A DNA stretch of 64,000 nucleotides, taken from NCBI RefSeq assembly GCF_006345805.1, contig NC_043006.1, forward strand, positions 36,208,001 to 36,272,000. The letters run 5' to 3'. The translations under genes were made by a program, and so were the position numbers. Positions 52,445-64,000 of the stretch are shown one piece after another. Within the stretch, counting starts at the first letter, position 1. Each line of letters starts with the position of its first letter. Source of the DNA: Octopus sinensis. Its lineage: Eukaryota. The notes beneath the pieces are model-generated. The model had not been told where the DNA came from. It saw only the letters and a list, made by a program, of their open reading frames with translations, and made no database searches.

Positions 52445-52736
52445 AACGGAAGTAGACAAAATATATTTCTTTACTACCCACAAGGGGCTAAACACAGAGT
52501 GGACAAACAAACGGATTAAGTCGATTACATCGACTCCAGTGCGTAACTGGTACTTAATTTATCGACCCCGAAAGGATGAAAGGCGAGGTCGACTTTGCCT
52601 TTCATCCTTTCGGGGTCGATAAATTAAGTACCAGTTACGCACTGGAGTCGATGTAATCGACTTAATCCGTTTGTTTGTCCACTCTGTGTTTAGCCCCTTG
52701 TGGGTAGTAAAGAAATATATTTTGTCTACTTCCGTT
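52445..52736. repeat. Perfect 292-bp fold-back of a SINE-A 3' half plus flank
   Basis: Arms 52445-52584 and 52597-52736 are exact reverse complements; centre GTCGAC at 52588-52593. Confidence 0.95.
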
Positions 52737-52937
52737 TATTAAGACGACAATGGTTTCGTTTTAATATCGATTCGGTTGCTATTTCTTGTAGGTCAAGTAG
52801 TTGTGTAGGTACATTGTCTTCGAGTCGATTATTTTGGCGAGGGAGGAGCAGAGGTGTAAAATTATATTTAAAAAATTGTAAAAGATAGTCTTAAGTTTCT
52901 GTTTCTTAGCTTTTGTTTCCATCAAAATCGATTTTAA

Positions 52938-52986
<49 letters not shown>

Positions 52987-53727
52987 AAGGGTGGTTAAGT
53001 GTGTGTGTATGGATATATATATATCTATGTATGTATATATGTATGTATATAATTCAAAATTCGAAACATGACTTGTAGTGAAGTTTTTAGTTTTCAATGA
53101 ATAATGATAAAACTATAAAACTCTATTACATATCGAGTACGCTTTGTTTCTTCTTATTGATTGTATAATTCTATCAACCACACATACACATACATTCGCA
53201 TTATAATTTTGTTGACAGTAGTTTTTGTACTCCAAGTATGTACCTTGTGCGATCAGTGTTCGTTTTATTTATAGTGAGCGACCCTTATCTTTTAACTCCG
53301 TACATGTGTATAATACACATACACTGATGGTCGATAGAATATTACAAATCAGTTATGACTAACTAATATTTTGTTTCCTAGTAAGCCAAGATTTTAACAT
53401 TAAAACCACCAATTAAATAAGTAAAAAGTAACGAGTCTGTTGTGTCGAAATAGCAGCCATTCAAATAATATCCTGTCACCTTATAAAAAGAAAGGAAAAA
53501 AAACTGACATATTTTATGGTACAGTCCTAGATTCACTTTACCGTGGAAAAAAAGAAAAGAAAGAAAAATAGGTGGTCATAGTTGAAGCGCCTTTGATGAT
53601 CGATTTGCCTGACATCCGCGAAATTATAATTATCAATATTTTAGTTACCATTAACCCTTTTATTTCTTCGCAACGGTCAAACATTTAGGGTTTCCAAAAT
53701 GATATACAATAATGATTATTAATATTA

Positions 53728-53815
53728 TTCCGCCGAGGTCAACTTTGCCCTCTTTGGGGTTCGATAAAATATAATTACTTACCTCCTCCCCCGAAATTAT
53801 TGGCCTTGTGCCAAA

Positions 53816-53847
<32 letters not shown>

Positions 53848-55505
53848 GGCAGCGAGCTGGCAGAAACGTTATCACGCCGGGCGAAATGTTTAGCAGTATT
53901 TCGTCTGCCGTTACGTTCTGAGTTCAAATTCCGCCGAGGTCGACTTTGCCTTTCATTCTTTCGAGGTCGATAAATTAAGTACCAGTTACGCACTGGGGTC
54001 GATATAATCGACTTAATCCGTTTGTCTGTCCTTGTTTGTCCCCTCTGTGTTTAGACCCTTGTGGGTAGTAAAGAAATAGGTATTTCACCTGTCGCTACGT
54101 TCTGAGTTCAAATTCCGCTAAGGTCGACTTTGTCTTTCATCCTTTCGGGGTCGATTAAATAAGTACCAGTTAAGCACTAAAATCGAGTGGTCGACTTAAT
54201 CCCTTCCCCCAAATTGCAGGCCTTGTGCCTATAGTAGAAAGTATTATTATTATTATGAAGGCAGCAAGCTTGGCAGAATCGTTAGCACGCATGGCAAAAT
54301 GCTTAGTGGCATTTCGTCCGTCTTCACGTTGCGAGTTCAATTTCTGCTGAGGTTGATTTTAACCTTTTATCCCTTTGGGGTTGATGACATAAGTACCACT
54401 TACACACTAGGGTCGACAGAATCGACTAGCCCCCTCCTCCAATATTTCAGGCTTGGTCTGAGTTCAAATTCCGCTGAAATTGACTTTACCTTTCGTCCTT
54501 TCGGGGGTCGATAAATTAAGTACCAGTTGCGTACTGGGGTCGATCTAATCGACTGGTCCCCTCCCCAAAAATTTCGGGCCTTGTGCCTAGAGTAGAAAAG
54601 AATATTTCAGGGATGGTGCCTATAGTAGAAAGGATTATTATTATTATTATTATTATTATTATGAAAGCGGCATTTCGTCCGTGTTCACGTTCGGAGTTCA
54701 AATTCCGCCGAGGTCAACATTGCTTTCATCCTTTCGGGGTCAATGAAATAAGTACTAGTGTAACACTGGGGTAGATGTAATCGATTATCTCCTTCCCGCA
54801 AATTTCTGGCCTGGTTCCTACAATAGAAAGGATTATTGTTATTATGAAGGCGAGCTGGCAGAATCGTTAGTACGTCTGGCAAAATGCTAATCGGTATTTC
54901 GTTCGTCTTCGTGTTCTGAGTTCAAATTCTGCCGAGGTTAATTTTACCTTTCATCCTTTCGGGGTCGATGAAAACAAGCACCAGTTGATACTAAGATCGA
55001 TGTAATTAACTTATCCCCTCCCCGAAATTGCTGGCCTTGTGCCAAAATTGGAAACCATTATTATTATAATTATGGTAATATGTACGCATCAATTACGTTT
55101 CCTTAAAGTTGTCGAGCTGGCAGAAACGTTAAGCACGCCGGACGAAATGTTTAGCGGTATTTTGTCTGCCGTTACGTTCTGAGTTCAAATTCTGCCGAGG
55201 TCGTCTTTGCCTTTCATCCTTTCGGGGTCGATTAAATAAGTACCAGTTACGCACTGGGGTCGATGTAATCGACTTAATCCGTTTGTCTGTCCTTATTTGT
55301 CCCTTCTGTGTTAGCTCCTTGTGGGTAGTAAAGAAATAGGTATTTCGTCTGTCTTTGTGTTCTGAGTTCAAATTCCGCCGAGGTCGACTTTGCCATTGTT
55401 CCTTTCGGGGTTGATATATTAAGTACTAGTTGCGTACTATGGTCGATCTAATTCACTGTCCACCTCCCCCTAAATTTCGGGCCTTGTGCCTAGAGCAGAA
55501 AAGAA
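53728..55505 (+). mobile_element. Head-to-tail pile of about 9 SINE-A body units, mostly separated by (ATT)n
   Basis: Copies at about 53728, 53846 (dimer), 54257, 54455, 54663, 54847 and 55110 (dimer), all on the same strand. Confidence 0.9.
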
Positions 55506-55900
55506 AAACGTTTCCTAATCATTTTGAATGGAGTTGGTTAGGGTTTCATTAGAGCATATACGATTGTTTCAACTTGCTGAAAATGGCAGCGAAAAGTCAC
55601 GTTGATCATATTTTCCCGTATTATCGAACAGTACATTAAATAGTGTACTCCATGGAAGATTTTGAGAAGGAAAGAGATAGAATAATCACGTCTGAGATCA
55701 TGCTAGATTTGATATAACATAGCTGAGACACAGCCGTTCGATCTGCAAGAAATAGTAGCCAACAACTTAAAGGATATGATAATCACTTCTGAAAACAGTA
55801 GGTTTCTCCTTAAAGGAAATAAAAAAGCTATACGAATTGTTCGTGCTCCAGCATGACCGCAACTGCATGGCTGAAACGAATATAATAATATATATATATA

Positions 55901-56000
55901 NNNNNNNNNNNNNNNNNNNNNNNNNNNNNNNNNNNNNNNNNNNNNNNNNNNNNNNNNNNNNNNNNNNNNNNNNNNNNNNNNNNNNNNNNNNNNNNNNNNN
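55901..56000. other. Assembly gap (100 N)
   Basis: Run of N next to (TA)n. Confidence 1.
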
Positions 56001-57158
56001 CTTTCTTTCATTCGTTATTAATTGATCATATTACAGCAAACAAATTGAATTGCATTATTACTGAGATGTCACATAAAGTACATCGCTACGTGCAAGCACT
56101 TAAAAACAATATCGAAATGCACGTTCACGTGTGCAATCAGTTAAAACAAATAAACCGCCGAGCAACTTTCTAAAGTCTCTGACAAGTTTCTTCTAATTTC
56201 TAATTGGTCTTTTGCAAGACAAGTTTTTCCTTTTCATTTCCTTGTCTGCTTGGTAATCTTTTCTTATTCTTATCACTAACAGCACCTGTGTGTGTGTGTC
56301 TCTCTCTCTCTCTCTCTCTCGAATAAATTGCATCATAAAATATTGCTGCTCGACCAGGTTAAAAAGGAAAAAGAAAGGCACAGATATGGCTGTGTGGTTA
56401 AGAAATTCGCTTCGCAACCACGTGGTTTTGGATTTAGTATCTCTGCGAGGTACTTTGGGGAAGTGCTACTCGCCTTGCGAGTGGATTTGGTAATCGGAAA
56501 CTCTGGATTATGCATATATTATCAGAGGCCTTCTAGCCATTACCATCCCGTTATTTTAGAAGTGTATCAACGACGTTTTTCCATGTATCCTTTCACTTCC
56601 CGCAACGGTCAGGTATGATTCAAAGGAGGTTTGACTGCTATTTCTTGCTGGTTGAACATAAAAAAAACTCATTTATTCGTCTTGTAGTGTACTTTATCAA
56701 CTATATAAACACATATATATATAAACACATACATACACAGGTTAATAGTAAAACCTAACTAAAATTTGTGGTCTTGCTCTTATTTTAGAAATAATTAATA
56801 TAATTAAGGTTATAATAATTTTTAGATTCGAACGTTTAATAAATGTACATTAGGCTACCGATGCATATATACCTTTACGGACACGCTGAAGGATAATTCT
56901 AGTAGTCTCGTTTCGACTGGTCATTACTGGGTTCAAGAATATTAATTTCACCTGCTCTAGAGAAGAAATAGAAAGAGAGATACAGAGTGAGAACTACTAA
57001 AAAATATGATGATCAACAGGCAGTGGCTATACATTTGTAGATGCGTGCTCGCGCGTGTGTAATGTATGTATATTGTTTACAAACGAAAGAGGTGTAATTT
57101 ATATTTTTGTATTTACTCTGAATCGGTAGGATTGGAATGAATCACTGAACTTACATTG

Positions 57159-57203
<45 letters not shown>

Positions 57204-57789
57204 ATACACGTATGTATGTACATTTGTATATGTATGTATGTGTGTGTGTATATATACGTGTGTGTGTATATATTTGTATGTATGTGTGTATATATATATT
57301 TATGTATGTATATATGTGTGTGTGTATATATATGTCTATGTATGTATGTATATATGTGTGTGTGTATATATATGTCTATGTATGTATGTATGTATATATG
57401 TGTGTGTGTGTATATATATGTCTATGTATGTATATATATATATGTCTATGTCTATATATATATGTGTGTTTTATATATATATATATATGTCCATGTATAT
57501 ATATATATATTTATGTGTGTGTGTATATATGTCTATGTGTATGTATATATATATATATGTGTGTGTGTGTGTATATGTCTATGTGTATGTATATATATAT
57601 ATATGCGTGTGTGCGTATATGTATGTCTATGAATATATATATGTATGTATATATATATGTATGTATATATATATATATGTATATATATATATGCATTTAT
57701 ATGTATATATATGTATGTATATATGTATGCATATATATGTGTGTGTATATATATATGTATATATGTGTGTGTGTGTGTATATGTATATA

Positions 57790-57832
<43 letters not shown>

Positions 57833-57881
57833 TATGTGTGTATATATATATGTATATATATATATGTATATATTATGTGTG

Positions 57882-57912
<31 letters not shown>

Positions 57913-59814
57913 TATATATGTGTATATATATATATGTCTGTCGGCAGGTGTATATTTGTTATTTCAATATACACATGCATTCACAACAACAAAAAAAATC
58001 TATATGGAGATAGTCTCAAAAAAAAATTTTTTATTTTTGTTGAATTCTGCTCAGCAAGTCATTGTTGTCAACTCGTAGCTGATATCGATAGACTGCTTGT
58101 AATGACTGTGCAGGAAGGAATAATACAAGAAAATCACGTTAACCTGAAAATTTCTACGTGGTTCTTTGACCTGCTGCAAATAACACCCTACTATCAAATG
58201 ACTTGTTGCACACTCTCTTTTACTTAATTCAGTCTCTGGATTGCAACAATACAGAGGCACTGCCTTGAAGTGTTTAGTCGAACAATTCACCGTAGTTATT
58301 TTTTAAAGTTTGGTACTTATTCAATCAATGTCTTTGCTGTACTGCTAAGCTATGGGGATGTGAACAAACCAACTCTGGTTGTCAGGCTTTGCTGGGAGCA
58401 CAAACACACTACAGGCTTCCACATGGTTTCCTTCTGCCAAGTTCATTCCTAAGGCATTGGTTTGATCAGGGCTATAGTAGAAGACACCTAACGAAGATGC
58501 TGAGCAGTGGATTTGAAACCAAAACCGCTTGGCAGCAAAACAAGCTTCTTGACCTTGCAACCCTCTATATACTGCACTTGACCATATGTTTTTCGTGTAT
58601 ACTATTGTAAAGTTTCCTATTGTTATTAAGTCACCTAATTAGTGAATAGCCTTCATAAACCGTATATATATATAAATATATTCTCACAGTGGTGCTACTA
58701 TAGTGTGTGGCCTACTGCACTATCCGTAGTCTATTCTGTGAAATGACCTGCTCTCGCTAAAGTGGCACCCTCACTGTTGTATGATCTCGTAAAATTGTGC
58801 CAAGGAGGTCCAGTAGTATATCCCTGGAACCATCTCCACAGTTATCAAAGATCAGACTCACTCCCCACTGCATCATCATTTTAATGCTCACTTTTTCATG
58901 CATGAATGCATTCAGTGGAGTTGTTAATTGAGGTTGATTTTCTTCAGCCAGATGCCCATCCTGTTGCCACTTGTCACCTGTTTCCAAGCAAGGTAATATT
59001 ACTCATTGGCTAAACACGTTTTTGCAGAATATTGGAAATGAAAGATGCTGCTTGCATGACAGTGACACTCATTGTCAGCTATCATGCAATCTCAAGTCAA
59101 GAAAGCACAAATACAAACACACACACAAATACTTGACAGGCCTCTTTTAATCTCTGCTTACCAAATCCACTCACAAATCAACCTAGAGCTATTGTAGATC
59201 CCCAAAGTGGGATCTACTACAGCCTCAAGTTGGAAAGCCCCCATGCTTTCATATAATTGTCTATCAGTTTAATTCCTAGAGTTTTCTCCTTAGCTCTTTT
59301 TGCAGCTGAAAATTTTTTTTATTTAATTTCAAACAGTTTAAAATTATTTTTGGCTTACTACATTATCTAAATTAATTTGCACTTAACTTTATATTCTTCT
59401 TACAGAAAGTACTTTTAAGTATTATCTAACATTCTATATATCTTTATTTCACCTAGGGGCTTTGTCATGACCTACTAAAAATAGCACGAAAATCTTTTAC
59501 TGATATATATATATATATATATATATAAAAAAAAATGGGATACATATATTAGAAAAATGTAGAATTAGGCAGATTTTGTTTCAGATAAAACATGAGATGA
59601 TCAAAGGCTACTTTGATTCATGGGTCAGCTGAATCAGAACTAATCAGGGTCTAAGCAAGTATATAAGGAAATGGTAACAAAGCACTCTTAAGCAGCCTGC
59701 TTTGCAACCACATTGTTTTAGATTCAGTCTCACTGATTGACACTTTACTATAGCCACAGACTGACCAATGTTTTGTGAGTGAATCTGTTAGATGGAAAGT
59801 GTGAGATAGCTTGT

Positions 59815-59862
<48 letters not shown>

Positions 59863-59866
59863 GGAG

Positions 59867-60079
59867 GAGGGGGCTGCTGAAAAGTTCCTGGCTTTGGGCA
59901 AAAGAAAATACAGGAGGATCAGTTAATTATAATTTTATTGAATGTATTCCCCTCTCAAATACACACACTTACTGCAGCAGCCCTTCAGTTTTTCTTATCC
60001 CTGTAAAAGAACTCGGTAGTTTGGGTCTTCAACCAGGCCTTTCGCGATACCCTTAAAGCACTTTTCAGTACCCCCTCAT
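59867..60079. mobile_element. Mariner-derived MITE or internal deletion derivative
   Basis: GAGGGGGCTGCTGAAAAG / CTTTTCAGTACCCCCTCAT imperfect TIRs of mariner type. Confidence 0.6.
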
Positions 60080-60156
60080 TTGTGTGTGTGTGGTGTGTGT
60101 GTGTTGTGTGTGTGGTGTGTGTGTGGTGTGTGTGTGGTGTGTGTGTGTGTGTATGT

Positions 60157-60192
<36 letters not shown>

Positions 60193-62479
60193 ATGTTTGT
60201 GTTGTCTCCCCACTACCACATCTTGTTGACAAGTTAGAAATTCAGCAAGAGAAGCCAGTAGAATAAGTAGCACACTTAAAAATATGTATTGGGGTTGATT
60301 TGTTCAGCTAAACTCAAGGCGGTGTCTCAGCATGGCTGCAGTCCAATAACTGAAAAAAAAAAATACACAAACACATGCACAGACACACAAGTGTGCGCAT
60401 GCAGGGTAATTTCTAACAAAATCATGAATCCACTAATTTTAGGCAACGGTGTAGTCTGTCAAAATGGTCCTAAATAATACTTTACTAGTTCTTGTTTTAT
60501 TGACTCCATAGTGGGGTGTGTATTCATACATAAAGAACATAAACACGTGTGATAAATTGAACGTGACGTACCTATTACTCTGAGATTCTTGCTGGGAACA
60601 GTCTTTGATGAAAGCATGTATTAAGTATATTACATTGAATCTGCCAGCTTGCGGTATATATCTGTACACTCTGTTACCTTTTAGCATTGAGTGTTTTTTT
60701 TTTTTTACTAACCCCATGCAGCTTCATAATAGTAATGGTTTCTGCTTTAGGTGCAAAGCGAGTTCTTTTTAGGGAAGGGTATCAGTCAGTTACATCGATT
60801 CCAAGACTTGACTGGGATTTCATTTTATTGACCCTGAAAAAATGAAAGACAAAGTCAACCTTTGATTTGAAATCAGAATATTATATATATAGAATCATCA
60901 GTTAATACTGCAAAGCATTTTCTTTGAAGCTCTGTTTCTGCTAGTCCACAACTCTTATGTTTCTAAATTTGGCACAAGAGAGGAAATTTGGGTGACAGGG
61001 AAGTTAGTCAATACCATTGAGTCCCTGTCTTTGACTGGTGCTTTATCAATCACCAAAGGATGAATGGAGTCAGTTGATCTTTCTTCTTTTATTTCTTTAA
61101 CTTGTTTCAGTCATTTGACTGGAGCACTGTCTTTAGTCAAACAAACTGACCCGTTCTTTGTAAGACTAGTACTTATTCTGTCAGTCTCTTTTGCCGAGCT
61201 GCTAAGTTACACCAACATCGGTTGTCAAGCGATGGTGGAGGGACAAACACATACATATATATATATATATATATAATGGGGAACTTTCAGTTTCTGTCTA
61301 CCAAATCCACTCACAAAGCTTTGCCTTTCATCCTTTCGGGGTTGATAAATTAAGTACCTGTTGCATACTGGGGCCAATCTAATCAACTGGCTCCCTCCCC
61401 CAAAATTTTGGGTCATGTGCCTAGAATAGAAAAGAATATCTTCATAGAAATTGTAATTGCTTATTCCCATATTTGTAAAATATAAGTAAAAATGTCATGC
61501 ACTAACCATTACCATGTATATATAATGGTAATCTGCAAAATGTGTTTATCTAATTATATTTTCATTTATTTTGTTCATATGGCATCCAATATTTATTGTG
61601 TAATAAAAGACCTATTAAATATGAAATAAGGGATATGTGGATAAGGTTTGAAATGGGAATAATAATTGATGCCAAAAATTCTGAAAGGTACTGTTAAATT
61701 GGATAACAGTACAGGATGTGAACTTAAGTGATTGAAGAACTGATATTATTAGATTTTGTTGTTTATGTGATTGCCTGCAGAAATGTTAATAAACTTAACA
61801 GATCAGTTTGGTCATAAACACTATTGTAATGACTTTAACACTTCATGCCTTGTTTGGCAATGCAGCAGAAATTAACTTGCACTTTGGAAACAGTGGAGAA
61901 GTGGTGAAAACAAAGGCTCATTAAACCTTGGTTGCTGTAAAGAGTGAAGCAGTATAAAGTTTTAGACTAATGTGTTTTAGGTAATGAAAGGACATTAGAA
62001 ATTGCAAACAAATGGGTAGGTTAAAAGGTGCAAACAAGAATTATATGAGCTGATTGCAGTGATTGAGAGATGTAAAGCATGAGGGGTGGGTTGTGAGGCA
62101 GGGAGGACCGAAAGAGAAATTGTTGGTGTAAGTTGTGGGCGTGGCAGTGTTGTGAGTTAACCAATAGTTTCTGTTTAGTGTTGCGTGTTTGTGTATACAC
62201 TTACATCTCTTTAATCACTAATTCATTCATCACTGATGTAAGTTAATATGGTGCGCTAATTGTGAAATGCATTATGCTTATCACAAATTGATCTAGGATA
62301 ACATGGGTTAACAATCAATCGAAGATTCTACTTGGACTACAAAAAGCATGCCCCAGCAATTATCCACAGTGCTCAGAACAACTTGGGGCTTTGGAACAAA
62401 AACTATTTTTCCAATGTTCTATCATTTATTTATCATTAATTCATTTAACACAGCACGTCTTTGTTTTTTTTAACAATCC

Positions 62480-63060
62480 CTAGACCTGTGATAAACGAGG
62501 ATGTATAATTTCTAGTCAGATAGCTGGTCAGTGTGGTGTAGTATCTTGTTGGCAGAGAAATGGAAAGTTAAGAGATTGAAATAATCACATTATGGGATAA
62601 TAATTTAGTTTAGGCTGCTGTCACAGATCATGTGACAACAACAGCTACACTGCATATGCATCACAGGAGTAAATGTTGAGCAAAACGACATTTTCCATGA
62701 GGTCTTCTTACAAATTACCTGTCATGGCTGGTAACTTCAATGGACATGTGGTGGCTAATGCTATGTAAATTACTCCAATATGCATGGAGGCTAAGAATAT
62801 AGTACAAGAAGTGAAGTGTGGTCGAGGCTCTTAGATTATTTGTAACACAGAAATCTATGTGCAATACCGACTTCAGGAAACTTGACAGTCACCTGACCAC
62901 ACTGACAATTCAGGCAACCACATAAGGCAGGTAGATTTTATACTAATTAGGAAAAAAGTTAGACAACTAGCGAATACTAAGAATTTGCCTAGTGAAGCAT
63001 GTACCTCTCAATATTAACTGGGGTTTAGTGACATCTGAATAAGAATTAGATAGGAGAATC
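62480..63060 (+). pseudogene. Highly degenerate RTE-clade endonuclease
   Basis: Fragments LLAEKW, MAGNFNGHV (GDFNGHVG), CNTDFRK..SHL, and QVDFILIRK; multiple stops and frameshifts. Confidence 0.6.
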
Positions 63061-63557
63061 AAAGACAAGACAATTCAGGGAAGGAAGGTATAGAGGGTAA
63101 CAAAGTTAAACTTATGACAGAAAACAACTGAGAATTTCTACTGAGACAACCTACTGCAAGCCACAGACCAGAAATATTGATAGAGCAGGATAGCCAGATA
63201 GAAGGTGAGATTGTGGTAGAGCTGTATAATAATAGAAAGAATTAGATAACTTTGAAATATTGGTATAAATGGGAGCCTGCTACAAGAGGAATACATGAGA
63301 TGTACATAGCACAGCTGAAGTATGAAGATTAAACTAATAAAGTCACAGTAATAAGATCATAATTTTGGCTAGGAAAGAAAGTCACAATTAATTTATGGGA
63401 TCCGGTAATAAAGTCACAATTAATTTATGGGATCCGGACAAAACCCCGCTAGGACAACCCCCGCCCCGGACAAAACCACTGTGATTTTTTCCTGTGACTT
63501 CTTTTTACCTGGATTCGTGTGTATATATGTATATATATATACACACGTGTTTGTGTG

Positions 63558-63600
<43 letters not shown>

Positions 63601-64000
63601 TGTGCATGGACGGGAAACCTAAGGTAATCCCATAAACCGGCGTTCCGCATATATATATATATATATATTTATCGGTGTGTGTATTGCACACATACTTATT
63701 TCAAAACTTCCACTGGCTATATGTCTTAAACTCACCCCACATCCCATATTCCTATTGATTATTCAGCGCGCTCTGACTCAAAAACCTCAATTCATATTCC
63801 CAATATCTTTTTTTTAAAGCCTGGCAGTTCTCAGGGCTTGCTGTGCCCATGGAAACACAAGCAACATCGCTTACTCACTCGTGCTCAACATGCGTCTGAA
63901 CGCAGTCCCGCATTTACGCGATTAGGAACGCACGCATCCATAATACTTTATATCGTGTCTTTCGCTTGAAATATACTTGGACACGCTACAAAGGATTCAC

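Noticed and set aside
57156-58227. 354-aa and 288-aa ORFs
   Set aside because: Translations of (TA)n/(TG)n/(TATG)n mosaics, which lack stop codons by composition

Overview
AT-rich, microsatellite-saturated eukaryotic genomic DNA with two 100-N scaffold gaps (1375-1474, 55901-56000). The repeat families and the (TA)n/(CA)n/(TAGA)n/(TAA)n density point to an octopus genome (inference). I recognise no host gene; almost all long ORFs in the track are microsatellite translations. The window is a transposon graveyard. It contains an R4/Dong-clade non-LTR element (RT plus restriction-like endonuclease) stacked with two further Dong-like 3' ends in a (TAA)n tract, L1/Tx1, RTE and Gypsy remnants, hAT, mariner, Helentron-type and long-TIR MITEs, and dozens of tRNA-derived SINE copies. 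The most notable signal is eight minimal type-I hammerhead ribozyme motifs from at least four Penelope-like tail families. Three have intact catalytic cores and a palindromic stem III, consistent with dimeric self-cleavage, and five lie within 26.6-32.2 kb. Also notable: a concatemeric SINE trimer bracketed by one 16-bp TSD, a perfect 292-bp SINE fold-back, and a 789-bp fold-back DNA transposon with telomere-like repeats and an 8-bp TSD.
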